From positions 1 through 64,000 of IMG/VR virus record IMGVR_UViG_3300038722_000002: a DNA stretch of 64,000 nucleotides; one strand, written 5' to 3'. A program made the translations under genes and the position numbers. Under the pieces are notes generated by a model. It saw nothing but the letters and a program-made list of their open reading frames with translations. It was not told where the DNA came from and made no database searches. Positions 29,348 through 39,340 of this stretch are shown one piece after another (position 1 is the stretch's first letter; the number at the start of each line of letters is the position of its first letter). This DNA comes from a virus.

Positions 29348-30307
29348 TTAGTTAAATAGCATATTGATAAATAAATTTAAATCTTCTTCTTTGAATGTTT
29401 CCGTAAACCCATCTGGAAACACCTCCTTGCTCACGTAAGAACCTATCCGTTTCTTAATGTAAGACTCTTTAGTGCTGCACTCAGATCCTCTTGGAAAATA
29501 CAAAGTCATAAGTAATTCACTATTTCCAGAAAAACTCTTCAGTTGATGTTCAATCCTGTCCTTAGGTTGATTATTGGTGATTCCATACTTATAAAATACA
29601 TCACCTTCATTCGGGGATAATCTATGAAGGTAGAGATGTGCGGGTTCTTCTGGTCTAAACCCTCTTTTACTGCAAGATGAACATCTTTGTTTTTCTTTAT
29701 TTCTAAGATGATGTAACAATTCGGTGGTTATCTCACCACAGTGTTCGTGCTTAGATTCCACGACCACGCGGTTAGTATCATTGCGCCAATAAGATATGAG
29801 AGTCCTGTCTTTGCTTTCCAACACCTCAATGATTTGCGACTCAGTGTAAGTCCCTATATATCCCGAGCATTCCGTACATCCAGAGGAACCACTAAGTATG
29901 TTACCTACGTTAGCTGATATTCGATGTCCTTGTGGACACCTTAAACGCCACTTACTAGAAGTCGGTGTCGTCTTAGGTGCCTCTATAACCTGAAACCCTT
30001 TCTGTGCTAACCTGTCAGTTAATTGTTTTGTTTTGAATTTTGCACAACCACAAGACTTAGTATTACCTGAAGTTAACGATCTACTCATTACTACAAAATA
30101 ATTTCCAGCACACAATCCCTGACATCTAACTAGAACGTAATTACGCTTATCACGTCTTGATCTTCCTTCAGAAGATATGACATCCAGTGTCCCGTATCGC
30201 AAACCCTGTACATCATTTTGCTTCTTGGATATATCTAGATTGTAATAGGATGAGTAATAATTCCTCGCCTCTTCCTCCGTAGAAAAGCATTCTCTTCTAG
30301 CCTTCAT
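29348..30307 (-). CDS. Free-standing homing endonuclease: Zn-ribbon repeats plus GIY-YIG/T5orf172-like domain
   Basis: SGNTKSCGC, CPQGH...GCTEC, then HLYLHRL...YKYGITNN..DRI...E...GFTETF. Confidence 0.8.
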   Translation of the reverse strand: MKARRECFSTEEEARNYYSSYYNLDISKKQNDVQGLRYGTLDVISSEGRSRRDKRNYVLVRCQGLCAGNYFVVMSRSLTSGNTKSCGCAKFKTKQLTDRLAQKGFQVIEAPKTTPTSSKWRLRCPQGHRISANVGNILSGSSGCTECSGYIGTYTESQIIEVLESKDRTLISYWRNDTNRVVVESKHEHCGEITTELLHHLRNKEKQRCSSCSKRGFRPEEPAHLYLHRLSPNEGDVFYKYGITNNQPKDRIEHQLKSFSGNSELLMTLYFPRGSECSTKESYIKKRIGSYVSKEVFPDGFTETFKEEDLNLFINMLFN

Positions 30308-30321
30308 GCTTTTATTATCCT

Positions 30322-30900
30322 CTAAGGAGTTGTTACAACTATATCAATGGGAATAGGATTAGGGTCATCCTCCCCTTCTTTCAATTCACCATCTATATCT
30401 ACGGTATCAATGAAGCCATCTGACTCCACATCCACGTAACGGTCATTTACATTAACCACTAAGCTGAATGAACTTGATTCTACCCATTTATCAGCCAACT
30501 TCTGAGGGAGGCTGATAACAGGGTTTGTATTAACTATTAAAACTTCTACTTCTGTTTCAATAGAATTTCTTACACGTTCTAATCTGAAATACGTTTCTAA
30601 GTCGTGTGCTATCTTTACAGCATCGTTGTATCCATACACAGTATAATTAAGCAGAAGCTCATAATGTGTTTCGTACATCTTGTTGCCGTTTAGGTCTATT
30701 CCTTCATTGAACAACCAACCTGCTTCCTGACGTGTCTGTAATAAATCTAAGACCACGTAAGGGTAATCTGGTTTAGCAGGTTTCTGCCTTGCTCGTATGA
30801 CCGAAGGATGTGTCCCATCGATGAGAGATAGTTGATCTCCTACCCCGTCTGCTGCCACACGAATAAACTTACCAAGGATTGCATCGTAATCTATTGCCAC
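30322..30900 (-). CDS. Tail completion / terminator (neck) protein
   Basis: RQ...KPDYPYV motif; upstream of the sheath gene. Confidence 0.75.
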   Translation of the reverse strand: MAIDYDAILGKFIRVAADGVGDQLSLIDGTHPSVIRARQKPAKPDYPYVVLDLLQTRQEAGWLFNEGIDLNGNKMYETHYELLLNYTVYGYNDAVKIAHDLETYFRLERVRNSIETEVEVLIVNTNPVISLPQKLADKWVESSSFSLVVNVNDRYVDVESDGFIDTVDIDGELKEGEDDPNPIPIDIVVTTP

Positions 30901-31286
30901 TACACAACCTCCTGATCTCGTCTAATGAAGATGGCTTTGACGTTATCCGTAATTAGTCCATATCCACCCCAATACTCAACGTAAAAACACTCATAGACTC
31001 TTCCACGGTACTCTGTGGTATCAGCCCTTCCCTTACCGAACTGATCGGCAGTCTGTAGGATGTTAGCCTCATCTGTGTATATAACGATTGTATCGTTGGA
31101 CGTTACACCTTCAGGAAGTTCTATCTGATTCTTACCGTTCCTAAAAGGTTGAACACTACATTTAATATCAAAGGTCGTTCCCACAACTTCAACTGAATAC
31201 TGACCAGTATTAGGGTCGTACTGTGAGTCACTTGAATCGTATCGTGTGATAGTCTGTGTGTGTGTTTGCATTAACAATAATGACAT
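30900..31286 (-). CDS. Head closure protein
   Basis: CSVQP...LPEG...IYT...AD...Y.G..Y. Confidence 0.75.
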   Translation of the reverse strand: MSLLLMQTHTQTITRYDSSDSQYDPNTGQYSVEVVGTTFDIKCSVQPFRNGKNQIELPEGVTSNDTIVIYTDEANILQTADQFGKGRADTTEYRGRVYECFYVEYWGGYGLITDNVKAIFIRRDQEVV

Positions 31287-31780
31287 TAAGGTTTCACCAC
31301 ATTATCTACACTTGTTTTATATGCGTAAGCTGCTTTCAATGCACCTGTATCTTCAAGAGGAGCATCAAACCCCTTCTCTTTGATTGTACTTCTGGCGTTA
31401 GGAGTTAAGGCTGAACTATTACCGAACAACTCTTTACCACTATCTCTCACTGCCTGCCCTATCTTATCCAAGAACATTCCCATAGCTCCCACACGTTGTT
31501 GACTCTGTTTCCAGTTGACCAACTCTTTACGTACATCCAATGTATTGATTGAACGCTTGGCGTTGTGAGCAACGATGGTATTAACTGGACGGGGTGGAAT
31601 GTTTCTTTCAGGGTTTCCGAAGTGGTGATAAGCTAATAATTCAGGGAAGCTCATACCACTGTAGTGTGTACCTTGTGACGCAAAACAGCCTACTTCTACT
31701 TTCTGTTCATCTAACTGCTTAAGATCGTTAAGAAGTTGCTGTAACTTCTGACTTCTCTTTTTTAGGCTTACTTTTAACAT
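31286..31780 (-). CDS. Neck / tail completion protein
   Basis: VEVG...HHFG...IPPRP...PNA.STI..KG.DAPLEDTG. Confidence 0.8.
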   Translation of the reverse strand: MLKVSLKKRSQKLQQLLNDLKQLDEQKVEVGCFASQGTHYSGMSFPELLAYHHFGNPERNIPPRPVNTIVAHNAKRSINTLDVRKELVNWKQSQQRVGAMGMFLDKIGQAVRDSGKELFGNSSALTPNARSTIKEKGFDAPLEDTGALKAAYAYKTSVDNVVKP

Positions 31781-31862
31781 TACGTTTAGCCTTTGGTTTT
31801 ACTTTACTTTCTTCTTGCTCCAAGACAACTCCGTCTTTGGATACTTTACGTTTGATAATCAA
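31728..31862 (-). CDS. Small Lys-rich protein (44 aa)
   Basis: GGAG RBS and TTG start overlapping the upstream stop; IIKRKVSKDGVVLEQEESKVKPKAKR...; fills the intergenic gap. Confidence 0.5.
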   Translation of the reverse strand: MIIKRKVSKDGVVLEQEESKVKPKAKRNVKSKPKKEKSEVTATS

Positions 31863-32272
31863 TATTCATCTCCGCAGCAAGGGTTAATATCAGGAGGACA
31901 AGAAGTTGTAATCTTAATACCACCTTTAGCCTTCAATCCGTAATATCCAAAGATAGGACAAATATCACGTAATGAATCTATGTAGTCATCCCACCCTTGT
32001 TTAGCTGAACTACCATCGAAGTACGATACTTCAACTTCATCGGTGCGTTGTTTTTGGATACCACCTGTTGCTGCGCCTACATTAGCAGCATTTACACCAG
32101 CAAGACTTCGTAATGATTTACAAAGCACTTCTGCGTAATTAGAGTCATCGTCACCTACGTCAGCAATAATGTACTCATTAATATTTAACATCTGTGCGTC
32201 GGATAAACTATTACTTGGCGGGAGCCAGAGTTTATCGTCAGCTAATAGTTTATCTCTATCTATTGCTGCCAT
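31859..32272 (-). CDS. Head-tail adaptor protein
   Basis: Follows the capsid gene; QRTDEVEVSY...W motif. Confidence 0.7.
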   Translation of the reverse strand: MAAIDRDKLLADDKLWLPPSNSLSDAQMLNINEYIIADVGDDDSNYAEVLCKSLRSLAGVNAANVGAATGGIQKQRTDEVEVSYFDGSSAKQGWDDYIDSLRDICPIFGYYGLKAKGGIKITTSCPPDINPCCGDEY

Positions 32273-32339
32273 TTATGTTTTACCTAATGTTATCCTTTAT
32301 TATTAACGTCTAAGTTATCCACCTAAAAGTTAATAATAA

Positions 32340-32361
32340 AGGAGCTGCGTTAACAGCTCCT
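32340..32361 (-). terminator. Terminator after the major capsid gene
   Basis: AGGAGCTG-CGTTAA-CAGCTCCT with TTTATT on the - strand. Confidence 0.8.
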
Positions 32362-32373
32362 AAACAACTAATA

Positions 32374-33477
32374 TTAGTCTGAGGTAGTCAGAGCAATAAT
32401 TAGTTTAGGGTTGATGTTCATAAAGAGCTTATTAGACTCTTGTGCAACATGAACACCAGTACGGTTAGAGACTTTACTCTGAGTGTACATAGGCAATGCA
32501 GTGGTGTTTACATTCTCACGGTCTTGAGCAGGAGCAAAAGCACGTTTAAACAATACATCACAACCTACAGGTACAACGTAAGCATCTGCGTCTGCAATCA
32601 ACTTAGTGCCTTTGATTGAGGCGGTGTAACGGATGTAACGGAAACCGTCATGTGAATCGAAGTATTGATACTGGAAGATACCAGAACCGCTACCGAAGTT
32701 GTCACGCGGAACTTCCATAGATGCTAGATCCAATGGGCCACGAATGTCACGTGCCAAGCCTTCTTGCTTCTCAATATCGAAACGAGAATTATAGAAGTCT
32801 TTACCACACAAGATAACAGGACGGGTCATAGAACCACCTACGTTATCCAACTCTTCGTGTAGCTGGTCGTAGATTGCCGCGAACTCACTAATGTGATCGT
32901 TAGCTGAACCCAAAGTCATATCGATCTTAGCGGGACGAGTTGTACCGTAGATGTCATTGTAGTAGTCGTAAGTTGCGTTAGGGCCACCAGCTTCATAGTT
33001 AGTGTCACCAGTAAGCAAACTAGCGAAACCTAGCTCGTCATCCAAGTCCCAAGCCTTACGAGATTTCTTCAACATCTGAGCAATTACATACTCTTCTGTC
33101 ATCAATTCGTTTGTGCCAGCCTGACGCTTGTTTGCGTAATCTTTAGGAGCTACATTGTAGCTAAGACCACGTGAACCTACGGTGTAGATCAACTGGCGAC
33201 CTTTGTCTTTACTTAGACGATCACCATAGGCTTCAAAAGTTTTACCGTTAGGAAGCTGTAGAGTTTCCTGTAGGTCATCATACTTGATGGTGTTGGTTTC
33301 TAGGTAAACGTCATCAGTTGAGTTACCGAACAAGGCAGTCAACAGCATAGGTTTAGATTCGAAACGCTCAACTACACTTAGTTCAACATTCTCCATCTCG
33401 AAAGCATTATCAAGAGAAGCCGACAGTGCTTTGTTCATACCAGCTAGGGATTGTTCTTCATTAATCTTAATAGTCAT
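32374..33477 (-). CDS. Major capsid protein (HK97 fold, lambda gpE family)
   Basis: 367 aa; strongly biased codons; FAPA...VNT..LP.Y...ESN.L...NP motifs. Confidence 0.85.
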   Translation of the reverse strand: MTIKINEEQSLAGMNKALSASLDNAFEMENVELSVVERFESKPMLLTALFGNSTDDVYLETNTIKYDDLQETLQLPNGKTFEAYGDRLSKDKGRQLIYTVGSRGLSYNVAPKDYANKRQAGTNELMTEEYVIAQMLKKSRKAWDLDDELGFASLLTGDTNYEAGGPNATYDYYNDIYGTTRPAKIDMTLGSANDHISEFAAIYDQLHEELDNVGGSMTRPVILCGKDFYNSRFDIEKQEGLARDIRGPLDLASMEVPRDNFGSGSGIFQYQYFDSHDGFRYIRYTASIKGTKLIADADAYVVPVGCDVLFKRAFAPAQDRENVNTTALPMYTQSKVSNRTGVHVAQESNKLFMNINPKLIIALTTSD

Positions 33478-33496
33478 TTTATTATTAAATCCTTAT

Positions 33497-33979
33497 TTAC
33501 AGGTAAGAGGCTTCAGCAGCTACGGCATCAGCGGTAGTGGTGATACGTTGTTCTTCAAGCTGAGTCAAGAACAGAGCTTGTGCAGGTGCAGCGGCGCTAC
33601 CCCAAACCATACCCTCATTTTTAATGATTGCATCACCACGATATAGAACAGTCATGGTTACGTCACCAGCAGAAAGATCAGTATCGGCTTTATTGAAACC
33701 TAGACCATTGGCTGTACCAACTACGATAGCGATAGCAGCATCACCTTTCAGTGGTGAAGTACCAGTAGCCATAGCAGCACCGATATCTTGTGCAACGTAA
33801 ACCTCGAAACGAGAGTTCGCATTAGACCAGATAACAGGAACACCGATTGCTGGGATAGTTGCACTACCACCTACTGTTACAGATGCGTAGTTGAAATTAG
33901 TTTTAGTGTCTTCTTCAAAAGACATCACGCCAGCAATTAGGTCTGACAAGTAAGCGCGTTCAGTAGCGTTAACAGGCAT
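33497..33979 (-). CDS. Head decoration protein
   Basis: LSDL N-terminal motif and VLYRG; lies between scaffold and capsid genes. Confidence 0.75.
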   Translation of the reverse strand: MPVNATERAYLSDLIAGVMSFEEDTKTNFNYASVTVGGSATIPAIGVPVIWSNANSRFEVYVAQDIGAAMATGTSPLKGDAAIAIVVGTANGLGFNKADTDLSAGDVTMTVLYRGDAIIKNEGMVWGSAAAPAQALFLTQLEEQRITTTADAVAAEASYL

Positions 33980-33994
33980 TATGTATAACTCCGA

Positions 33995-34696
33995 TTATTT
34001 AGATTGTGGGGCGAAGGCAGCAATGCGATCACTTAGAGATTTCTCAATCTCCACTTCTGCTTCTACTGATTCACCAGCTTCTTCAGATAATTCTTTAACT
34101 AGGGGATTCTCAGGAGATACACTCTTCTGTGCTTTCTCTAGTTCAGCAGCAGCAACTTCACCAGCTTCAGCTAGGGCTACTTCGCCTTGTGCGATCAAAG
34201 CATCAAAGGCTTTTAGTAGAACGTCTTGTCCTTCTTCAACAGAAGCTAGAACAACACTAAGCTCAGTCTCAAGTTCTTTCTCAAAAGAATACGCTGAAAG
34301 AGTTGCAGCAGCGTTAGCGGTTTTTAGTTGCTTCTCAAGGGCAACAATACGAGCCTCTTGTGCAGCCATGATTTCATCAGACATGTTTTTGTCATTTCCT
34401 TTAGTAATAGTAGGGGTTTCTACCTCAGCAGCCTCGTCAGTATTAACATCTGAGGTAGAGGATTTAGTACATTCTTCCATAGATTTATCTACTTCAGAAA
34501 TATCGTAACCAACGCTCTCTAACAGGGAACGCTGTTTTAATGAAAGAGTTTTACCTTCCTCTAACGACTTCAGGAGGATAGGGTTATTCATAAGCGAACA
34601 TGCCCCACCTGCACTAACGTCTGTCAAAGCTAAATGCGCTTTGTCGAAGTCAAAACTAATCTTTGTTAGCTTTCTTTTCACTGTCTTACTCATCAA
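33995..34696 (-). CDS. Capsid scaffolding protein
   Basis: Acidic Ala/Glu-rich coiled coil; N-terminal KRKLTKISF...HLAL. Confidence 0.75.
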   Translation of the reverse strand: MMSKTVKRKLTKISFDFDKAHLALTDVSAGGACSLMNNPILLKSLEEGKTLSLKQRSLLESVGYDISEVDKSMEECTKSSTSDVNTDEAAEVETPTITKGNDKNMSDEIMAAQEARIVALEKQLKTANAAATLSAYSFEKELETELSVVLASVEEGQDVLLKAFDALIAQGEVALAEAGEVAAAELEKAQKSVSPENPLVKELSEEAGESVEAEVEIEKSLSDRIAAFAPQSK

Positions 34697-35393
34697 CTTC
34701 TTCCCAAGTAGCTACAGCACCAATTGATACACCCATAAATTCTCCTTGCTTACGGAGATCCCATGCGTCTTTATTAACGTATTGAACTTCTACCAAAGGC
34801 ATACCTTTCTTGACTTCAGTTTCTCCTATCATGCAATCACACTCGTTAACCCAAGCGCGAACAGGAGTAAAATCTTCCGTCATTACCTTATGGAAATAAT
34901 TACCTGACATGGTGCCTTCTTCACAAGCCTTGTTGAAGCTCTTAACCATGTCATAACACACTTCAGGAGACGCATACGTATCTCCAACCCCATCTACATC
35001 ACCTATTGCAATGTATAGAGGTTCAATGGCAATCATTTTCTCATCTTCAAACTGCTTAACGATAGGCATCAAAGCCTCGCCTTTCTCACTGTCACCGAAC
35101 TTAGATACGATTGATTCCAGAGCTTTAACTAATGTAGAAGTAGTTTGATACTCAGTGGTCGATACTACAACCTCAGCTTCATCACCTAGCTCTACATCTA
35201 CACCATTCATTGTGTAAGACGTTCGGAACATTTCATAATGCCCGTCTCCTACACTACCATCCCAGTAGACATAACTTTCATCGTAATCTGTTAGGTAGGG
35301 GTATCCGTGAGAGTTACTAAACTTCTTAGAGATTGCACGATTGAGTAATCGGTGCTTATCCTTCTCAGTAGCCTTGTTCAAAATTGCTGTCAT
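34686..35393 (-). CDS. Prohead protease (XkdF / S78-like)
   Basis: PLY....VD..GD, FH, W...K.GEFMGVSIG. Confidence 0.8.
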   Translation of the reverse strand: MTAILNKATEKDKHRLLNRAISKKFSNSHGYPYLTDYDESYVYWDGSVGDGHYEMFRTSYTMNGVDVELGDEAEVVVSTTEYQTTSTLVKALESIVSKFGDSEKGEALMPIVKQFEDEKMIAIEPLYIAIGDVDGVGDTYASPEVCYDMVKSFNKACEEGTMSGNYFHKVMTEDFTPVRAWVNECDCMIGETEVKKGMPLVEVQYVNKDAWDLRKQGEFMGVSIGAVATWEEVDE

Positions 35394-35402
35394 ATAACCT
35401 TC

Positions 35403-37007
35403 TTATAAGTTCTTCTTAATAAACATTGGAGCACCTGTTGTTGTATTAACCACTACAAGCTCATCTTCGGTTTCATAATCCACCTCGAATGACTCCATTG
35501 ATTTATTCTCAGAGTTTGTACTTGAGGCTGCACCACCTGACTGTGTATCACCTGTACCACTAGAGCCTTTGGATTCCCCAGCGCGTGACTGAATATTCAT
35601 CTCTTTACGTTCAACTAGGTGTTCTTCTAAACCGTCTAAAGACCATCCAGCCGATGTGTACAGATCAGCTATTGCGGCATCCGTAAGCAATTCCACAGAA
35701 CCACCACGTTGCAATACCTTAGATAATGTATCGTGGTCTGGTTTACTAGGGTCATCTGGAACAAATACTGGCATCTGATCGTAAGGGAGGTAAATATCAT
35801 TGGCAGCTAAGAGACGAGGAATGAGTTGTGTGTTAATCACATCAACTTTCCAGTCGATACAGCGTCTAATGAAGTAATCATGTGTGGTCATCTGACTACC
35901 AGCTAAGGCGTTAGACCCATGACCATTCTGTCCGAGCAGCAAGAACCCTGTACCAAAAACATTGTAAATAGATTTACGTTTCTGGTTAATAATATCCTCT
36001 GTACGATACTGTGTACCGCCACCTTGAATACCTTTTAGTTCCAAGTCGTATAAATACTTCTTACTATATTCATCTACATCTGAAGTTAGAACTATGTGAG
36101 TTGACTTACCTGCCTGCAATCGACTTGCATCTGACTGTAGAGCGGCATACTCTTTAGCTTCTTCAGGATAACGTGTTGGATCGTTAGCTCGTTCTATCAG
36201 CTCCGAAGGAACCCTAACAACAACTAAACCACCGAAATCTTTACTGACACCAACCACTTCATAATGCTCAACCAACTTCTTCTCTGTCAATGCGTCATAA
36301 CACATGTTCAACGGAGAGTTACCTTGAGGGTTATTAAATGTTGGGTTGTGCCTGAAATGCAACATCTGTTGTGTACTAATAAAAGGATACTTATTATTAT
36401 CTAAATAAGATGAACCCGATATATCAGTCAGCGGTATGTTGCTGCTGAAATCTGAGTACCCTTTTTCTCTTGCTTGTACAAGATTAGGTTTCTGTACGAA
36501 GCCCTTCAGGTCACGATTATGTTTATCCCACACCCAACCGTATAATGATTTAGGATCACGTGGAGCCAGTTTCTTGAGAGTGTAAGCACCTTTATATTCA
36601 CCGTACTTAGCTTTCTCTAAAACTATATTCTCTATGGCAAACCCATAAGTCAAATCAGTGGCAGCGTTATTCATCGCCTCCATCCAAGTGCCGTAGCCCA
36701 TGTTCCTAATACAATAGTTTAAGAACTTAGCCATTTGCTTACTTAGATTGGAATCTTTAGCAACTACCTGTCCTCCGTTCAACGCTGCTACCACTTGAAT
36801 ATTGGTAGTATCAACACTGTTACCAACAGCATCGTCTAACATCATATTCTCATACGTGCAGAAGCGTCGAGGGAGCTTTAAGTCATCCTTTTTTAAATCT
36901 TGGATGAACCTAGAAGAAGTTACGATACCTGATTGACCTTTCTCGTTTGTTAGAGGCCGTGTCACCGTCTTAGGTGTACTTTCAGCCTTATCTAAACTTT
37001 CGGTCAT
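35403..37007 (-). CDS. Portal protein
   Basis: 534 aa after terL; YGFAI.N.V, KKLAPR, NPQGNSPL, IPRLLAAN. Confidence 0.85.
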   Translation of the reverse strand: MTESLDKAESTPKTVTRPLTNEKGQSGIVTSSRFIQDLKKDDLKLPRRFCTYENMMLDDAVGNSVDTTNIQVVAALNGGQVVAKDSNLSKQMAKFLNYCIRNMGYGTWMEAMNNAATDLTYGFAIENIVLEKAKYGEYKGAYTLKKLAPRDPKSLYGWVWDKHNRDLKGFVQKPNLVQAREKGYSDFSSNIPLTDISGSSYLDNNKYPFISTQQMLHFRHNPTFNNPQGNSPLNMCYDALTEKKLVEHYEVVGVSKDFGGLVVVRVPSELIERANDPTRYPEEAKEYAALQSDASRLQAGKSTHIVLTSDVDEYSKKYLYDLELKGIQGGGTQYRTEDIINQKRKSIYNVFGTGFLLLGQNGHGSNALAGSQMTTHDYFIRRCIDWKVDVINTQLIPRLLAANDIYLPYDQMPVFVPDDPSKPDHDTLSKVLQRGGSVELLTDAAIADLYTSAGWSLDGLEEHLVERKEMNIQSRAGESKGSSGTGDTQSGGAASSTNSENKSMESFEVDYETEDELVVVNTTTGAPMFIKKNL

Positions 37008-37015
37008 GTATCACC

Positions 37016-37339
37016 TTATTTCTTTGTGGTGGTCTTCTTAGAGGACTTAGGTTTATCTTTCTTCTTAGGAGTCTCTTTAACTTCCACCTCTTCAGTAGGA
37101 ACAGGAGCCTCTTTCTCTTTAACAAACGTCAGGGTGTCTTCTAGCTCTCGGTACAATACTGCACGACCAGAATTACCTTTGAAGTTACGCATAGACGCAT
37201 CAGCACGTTTGTTGTTATCAGCTATACGCCAACCATCAACAATAGCCTCTTGTAAGCGTAGGAAGAACTCTTTCTCCCACTTCATACCTGTACCTTTGGT
37301 GTTGATCACCTTACGTTCTAGTTCTTTTTCTACGGTCAC
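37016..37339 (-). CDS. Hypothetical protein with Lys-rich tail
   Basis: 107-aa ORF between terL and portal. Confidence 0.7.
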   Translation of the reverse strand: MTVEKELERKVINTKGTGMKWEKEFFLRLQEAIVDGWRIADNNKRADASMRNFKGNSGRAVLYRELEDTLTFVKEKEAPVPTEEVEVKETPKKKDKPKSSKKTTTKK

Positions 37340-38962
37340 TTAGGACTCCTTGTATTTAGGTGTTTCTTGTAAGGTGGCTGTGTAACTGTCTATGACGTTA
37401 GCCGCTCTTGATTCGTTTTGTTGTTGATTTCTTGTTACTATGTTTACTGTCCTACCTGAACACGCTGCGGCAAACGCCATACTCATAGCATCCACCCAAT
37501 CATCTTTACGTGCGCTATTACTTTTCTTTTCAGGGTCAAAGGCTTCAAGTTCAGAATACAGGGCGTTCAGGGTAGGTTTATCAAACGTACTTTCAACTAT
37601 GTGTACTAAACCTAATGAACACGCCTGACAGAAGGGTTGGAATGCAACCAACTTCTTATTAGGTGTATTATGTGCAGACTTATCTTCCTTAACCTTCAGT
37701 CCTTCCTCTTGGAAACGACCTAACGTATAGTAATGATCTGTCGCAGCACCACCTGTATCTTTTGTAAATACCCAAGTGGTGTCGTCGCCGTCATGGTGGG
37801 CTTGTCGGATAAGCATGGAGTCTCTAGCCCCTGCTAATTTCCGCATCCTCCCATGAACCCTTTCCTTAGCATCTAATTTAAGCTGCTGAACGTCTGTATA
37901 GTCGTCTAGGTAGTCACCTATTAACCAATACTCTCCATTCCTATCCTTAGCTATCTTAGGGGATGTGGCTGTGAAGTCTGGTTGGGCGTAAACCTCACTA
38001 GGTTCACTATACCCCTTATCCGTTCCTCTGTACCACTTGAGATCAGGAGGTATATCTGCCAAGGAGCTAACCTTCTCTCCTGCTTCTCCTCTTAACCAAT
38101 GTCGTTGCCATAACGACTGACTACGTGGACGAGAGTACCAGTTACCCCACAATTGAGTATCACGTTCATGGTCTGGTAGGTTATTCAACTCCGATAGGTA
38201 CACAGGGTTCGCTTTCAAACCTAATGGGTTATCGAATATATTAAAGAAGAAGTATGTGAACTTCTTCGGACGTATGTAAATCGTTTCATCCGAGTTAGGT
38301 ATATCAACCCACAAACACTCAGGGTAGTTCTCTTGAAACCACTCTTCCGATGGGCCGAAGATGAACTCACCTTCTTTTACTATGAACCACCTAATGTCCC
38401 CTCGTTTGTCGGGGTCTGGTGAACCATCCTCTTTCAAGTAGTATTCTACTAGAGGTAGGCACCAGCTATCAGGGTTAGGGTTGAGTGTCCCGACACAAAA
38501 GGAGTTCATATCTGCCTCTGAACGCAGACATGTCATCAAGAAGGTTACTTGGCTCTTAGAGAACTGATCGATTTCATCGAATCCTATAAGTGAGTAGCCT
38601 TTACCTCGGTGTGAACTCTTGTCGTCCTCGTAGAACATGTGACGATAGAATTGCTTTGCTCCCGAAGGCCACACCCAAGCCTTATCTGAAATCTTAGGTT
38701 GTGCGCCGAAGAGGGGATATTGGTTTTCACCTTTCTCCCACAGGCCGTTAGCACCCATAATTTCATCGTATTGTCTTCGGAAGAATATCCCCCTGAAACT
38801 CTTATCCTCTGCAAAGCAGCAGGGGATCATACTAAGTATTTCTGACTTGCCACCGAATCGTGCGCCACCCCATAACATGAAGTCCACATCACCGATCATA
38901 CTGAAAGCTAACTCTTGATTACCTTCTTGGGGGCGTACATCTTGCCACGTCTCATATCCCAT
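37340..38962 (-). CDS. terL: Terminase large subunit
   Basis: Walker A GGARFGGKS, Walker B LIGFDEIDQ, TLNP coupling motif, KDDWVDA nuclease motif. Confidence 0.92.
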   Translation of the reverse strand: MGYETWQDVRPQEGNQELAFSMIGDVDFMLWGGARFGGKSEILSMIPCCFAEDKSFRGIFFRRQYDEIMGANGLWEKGENQYPLFGAQPKISDKAWVWPSGAKQFYRHMFYEDDKSSHRGKGYSLIGFDEIDQFSKSQVTFLMTCLRSEADMNSFCVGTLNPNPDSWCLPLVEYYLKEDGSPDPDKRGDIRWFIVKEGEFIFGPSEEWFQENYPECLWVDIPNSDETIYIRPKKFTYFFFNIFDNPLGLKANPVYLSELNNLPDHERDTQLWGNWYSRPRSQSLWQRHWLRGEAGEKVSSLADIPPDLKWYRGTDKGYSEPSEVYAQPDFTATSPKIAKDRNGEYWLIGDYLDDYTDVQQLKLDAKERVHGRMRKLAGARDSMLIRQAHHDGDDTTWVFTKDTGGAATDHYYTLGRFQEEGLKVKEDKSAHNTPNKKLVAFQPFCQACSLGLVHIVESTFDKPTLNALYSELEAFDPEKKSNSARKDDWVDAMSMAFAAACSGRTVNIVTRNQQQNESRAANVIDSYTATLQETPKYKES

Positions 38963-38964
38963 GC

Positions 38965-39340
38965 TTTAAACCAACAGGACAATAACCTCTCACAGTACTG
39001 TCTATCTCAAAATGTTAATAGATATAGGACACTGCTTAGGTGAGAGATAGGCCATACAATATGACAACTAAACAGTGTTACAGCAGAAGATGATGAACTC
39101 ATCTCCACCACCATTCCAAGCTAAGGAGTGTGGATGATCAAGACCACGGTTACTTAGAACGCCTATAAGGAGGTTGTTACACATGATGTATAACGAATTT
39201 GTGTCAACGCTGCCACTTCGCCTGCACGTTGAAATCTCTGTCTCTCATCACTGTACACCACCTTGCTAGGAGAGGGAGCAGGGGGTGGTGTAGGGAGTAG
39301 TTTAGACAGCCTCGTCTCTGAACTGAGGGTGTTTAGTCCT
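38965..39340. ncRNA. Candidate structured non-coding segment between terS and terL
   Basis: ~375 nt with no ORF of 60 aa or more; at least six hairpins. Confidence 0.4.

Noticed and set aside
32315-32323. DnaA-box-like TTATCCACC
   Set aside because: A single mismatched copy, expected by chance
33981-34508. Long antisense ORFs (also 27570-27998, 39540-40007, 20581-20931, 48519-48914 and similar)
   Set aside because: Shadows of codon-biased genes on the opposite strand, without RBS or recognisable motifs
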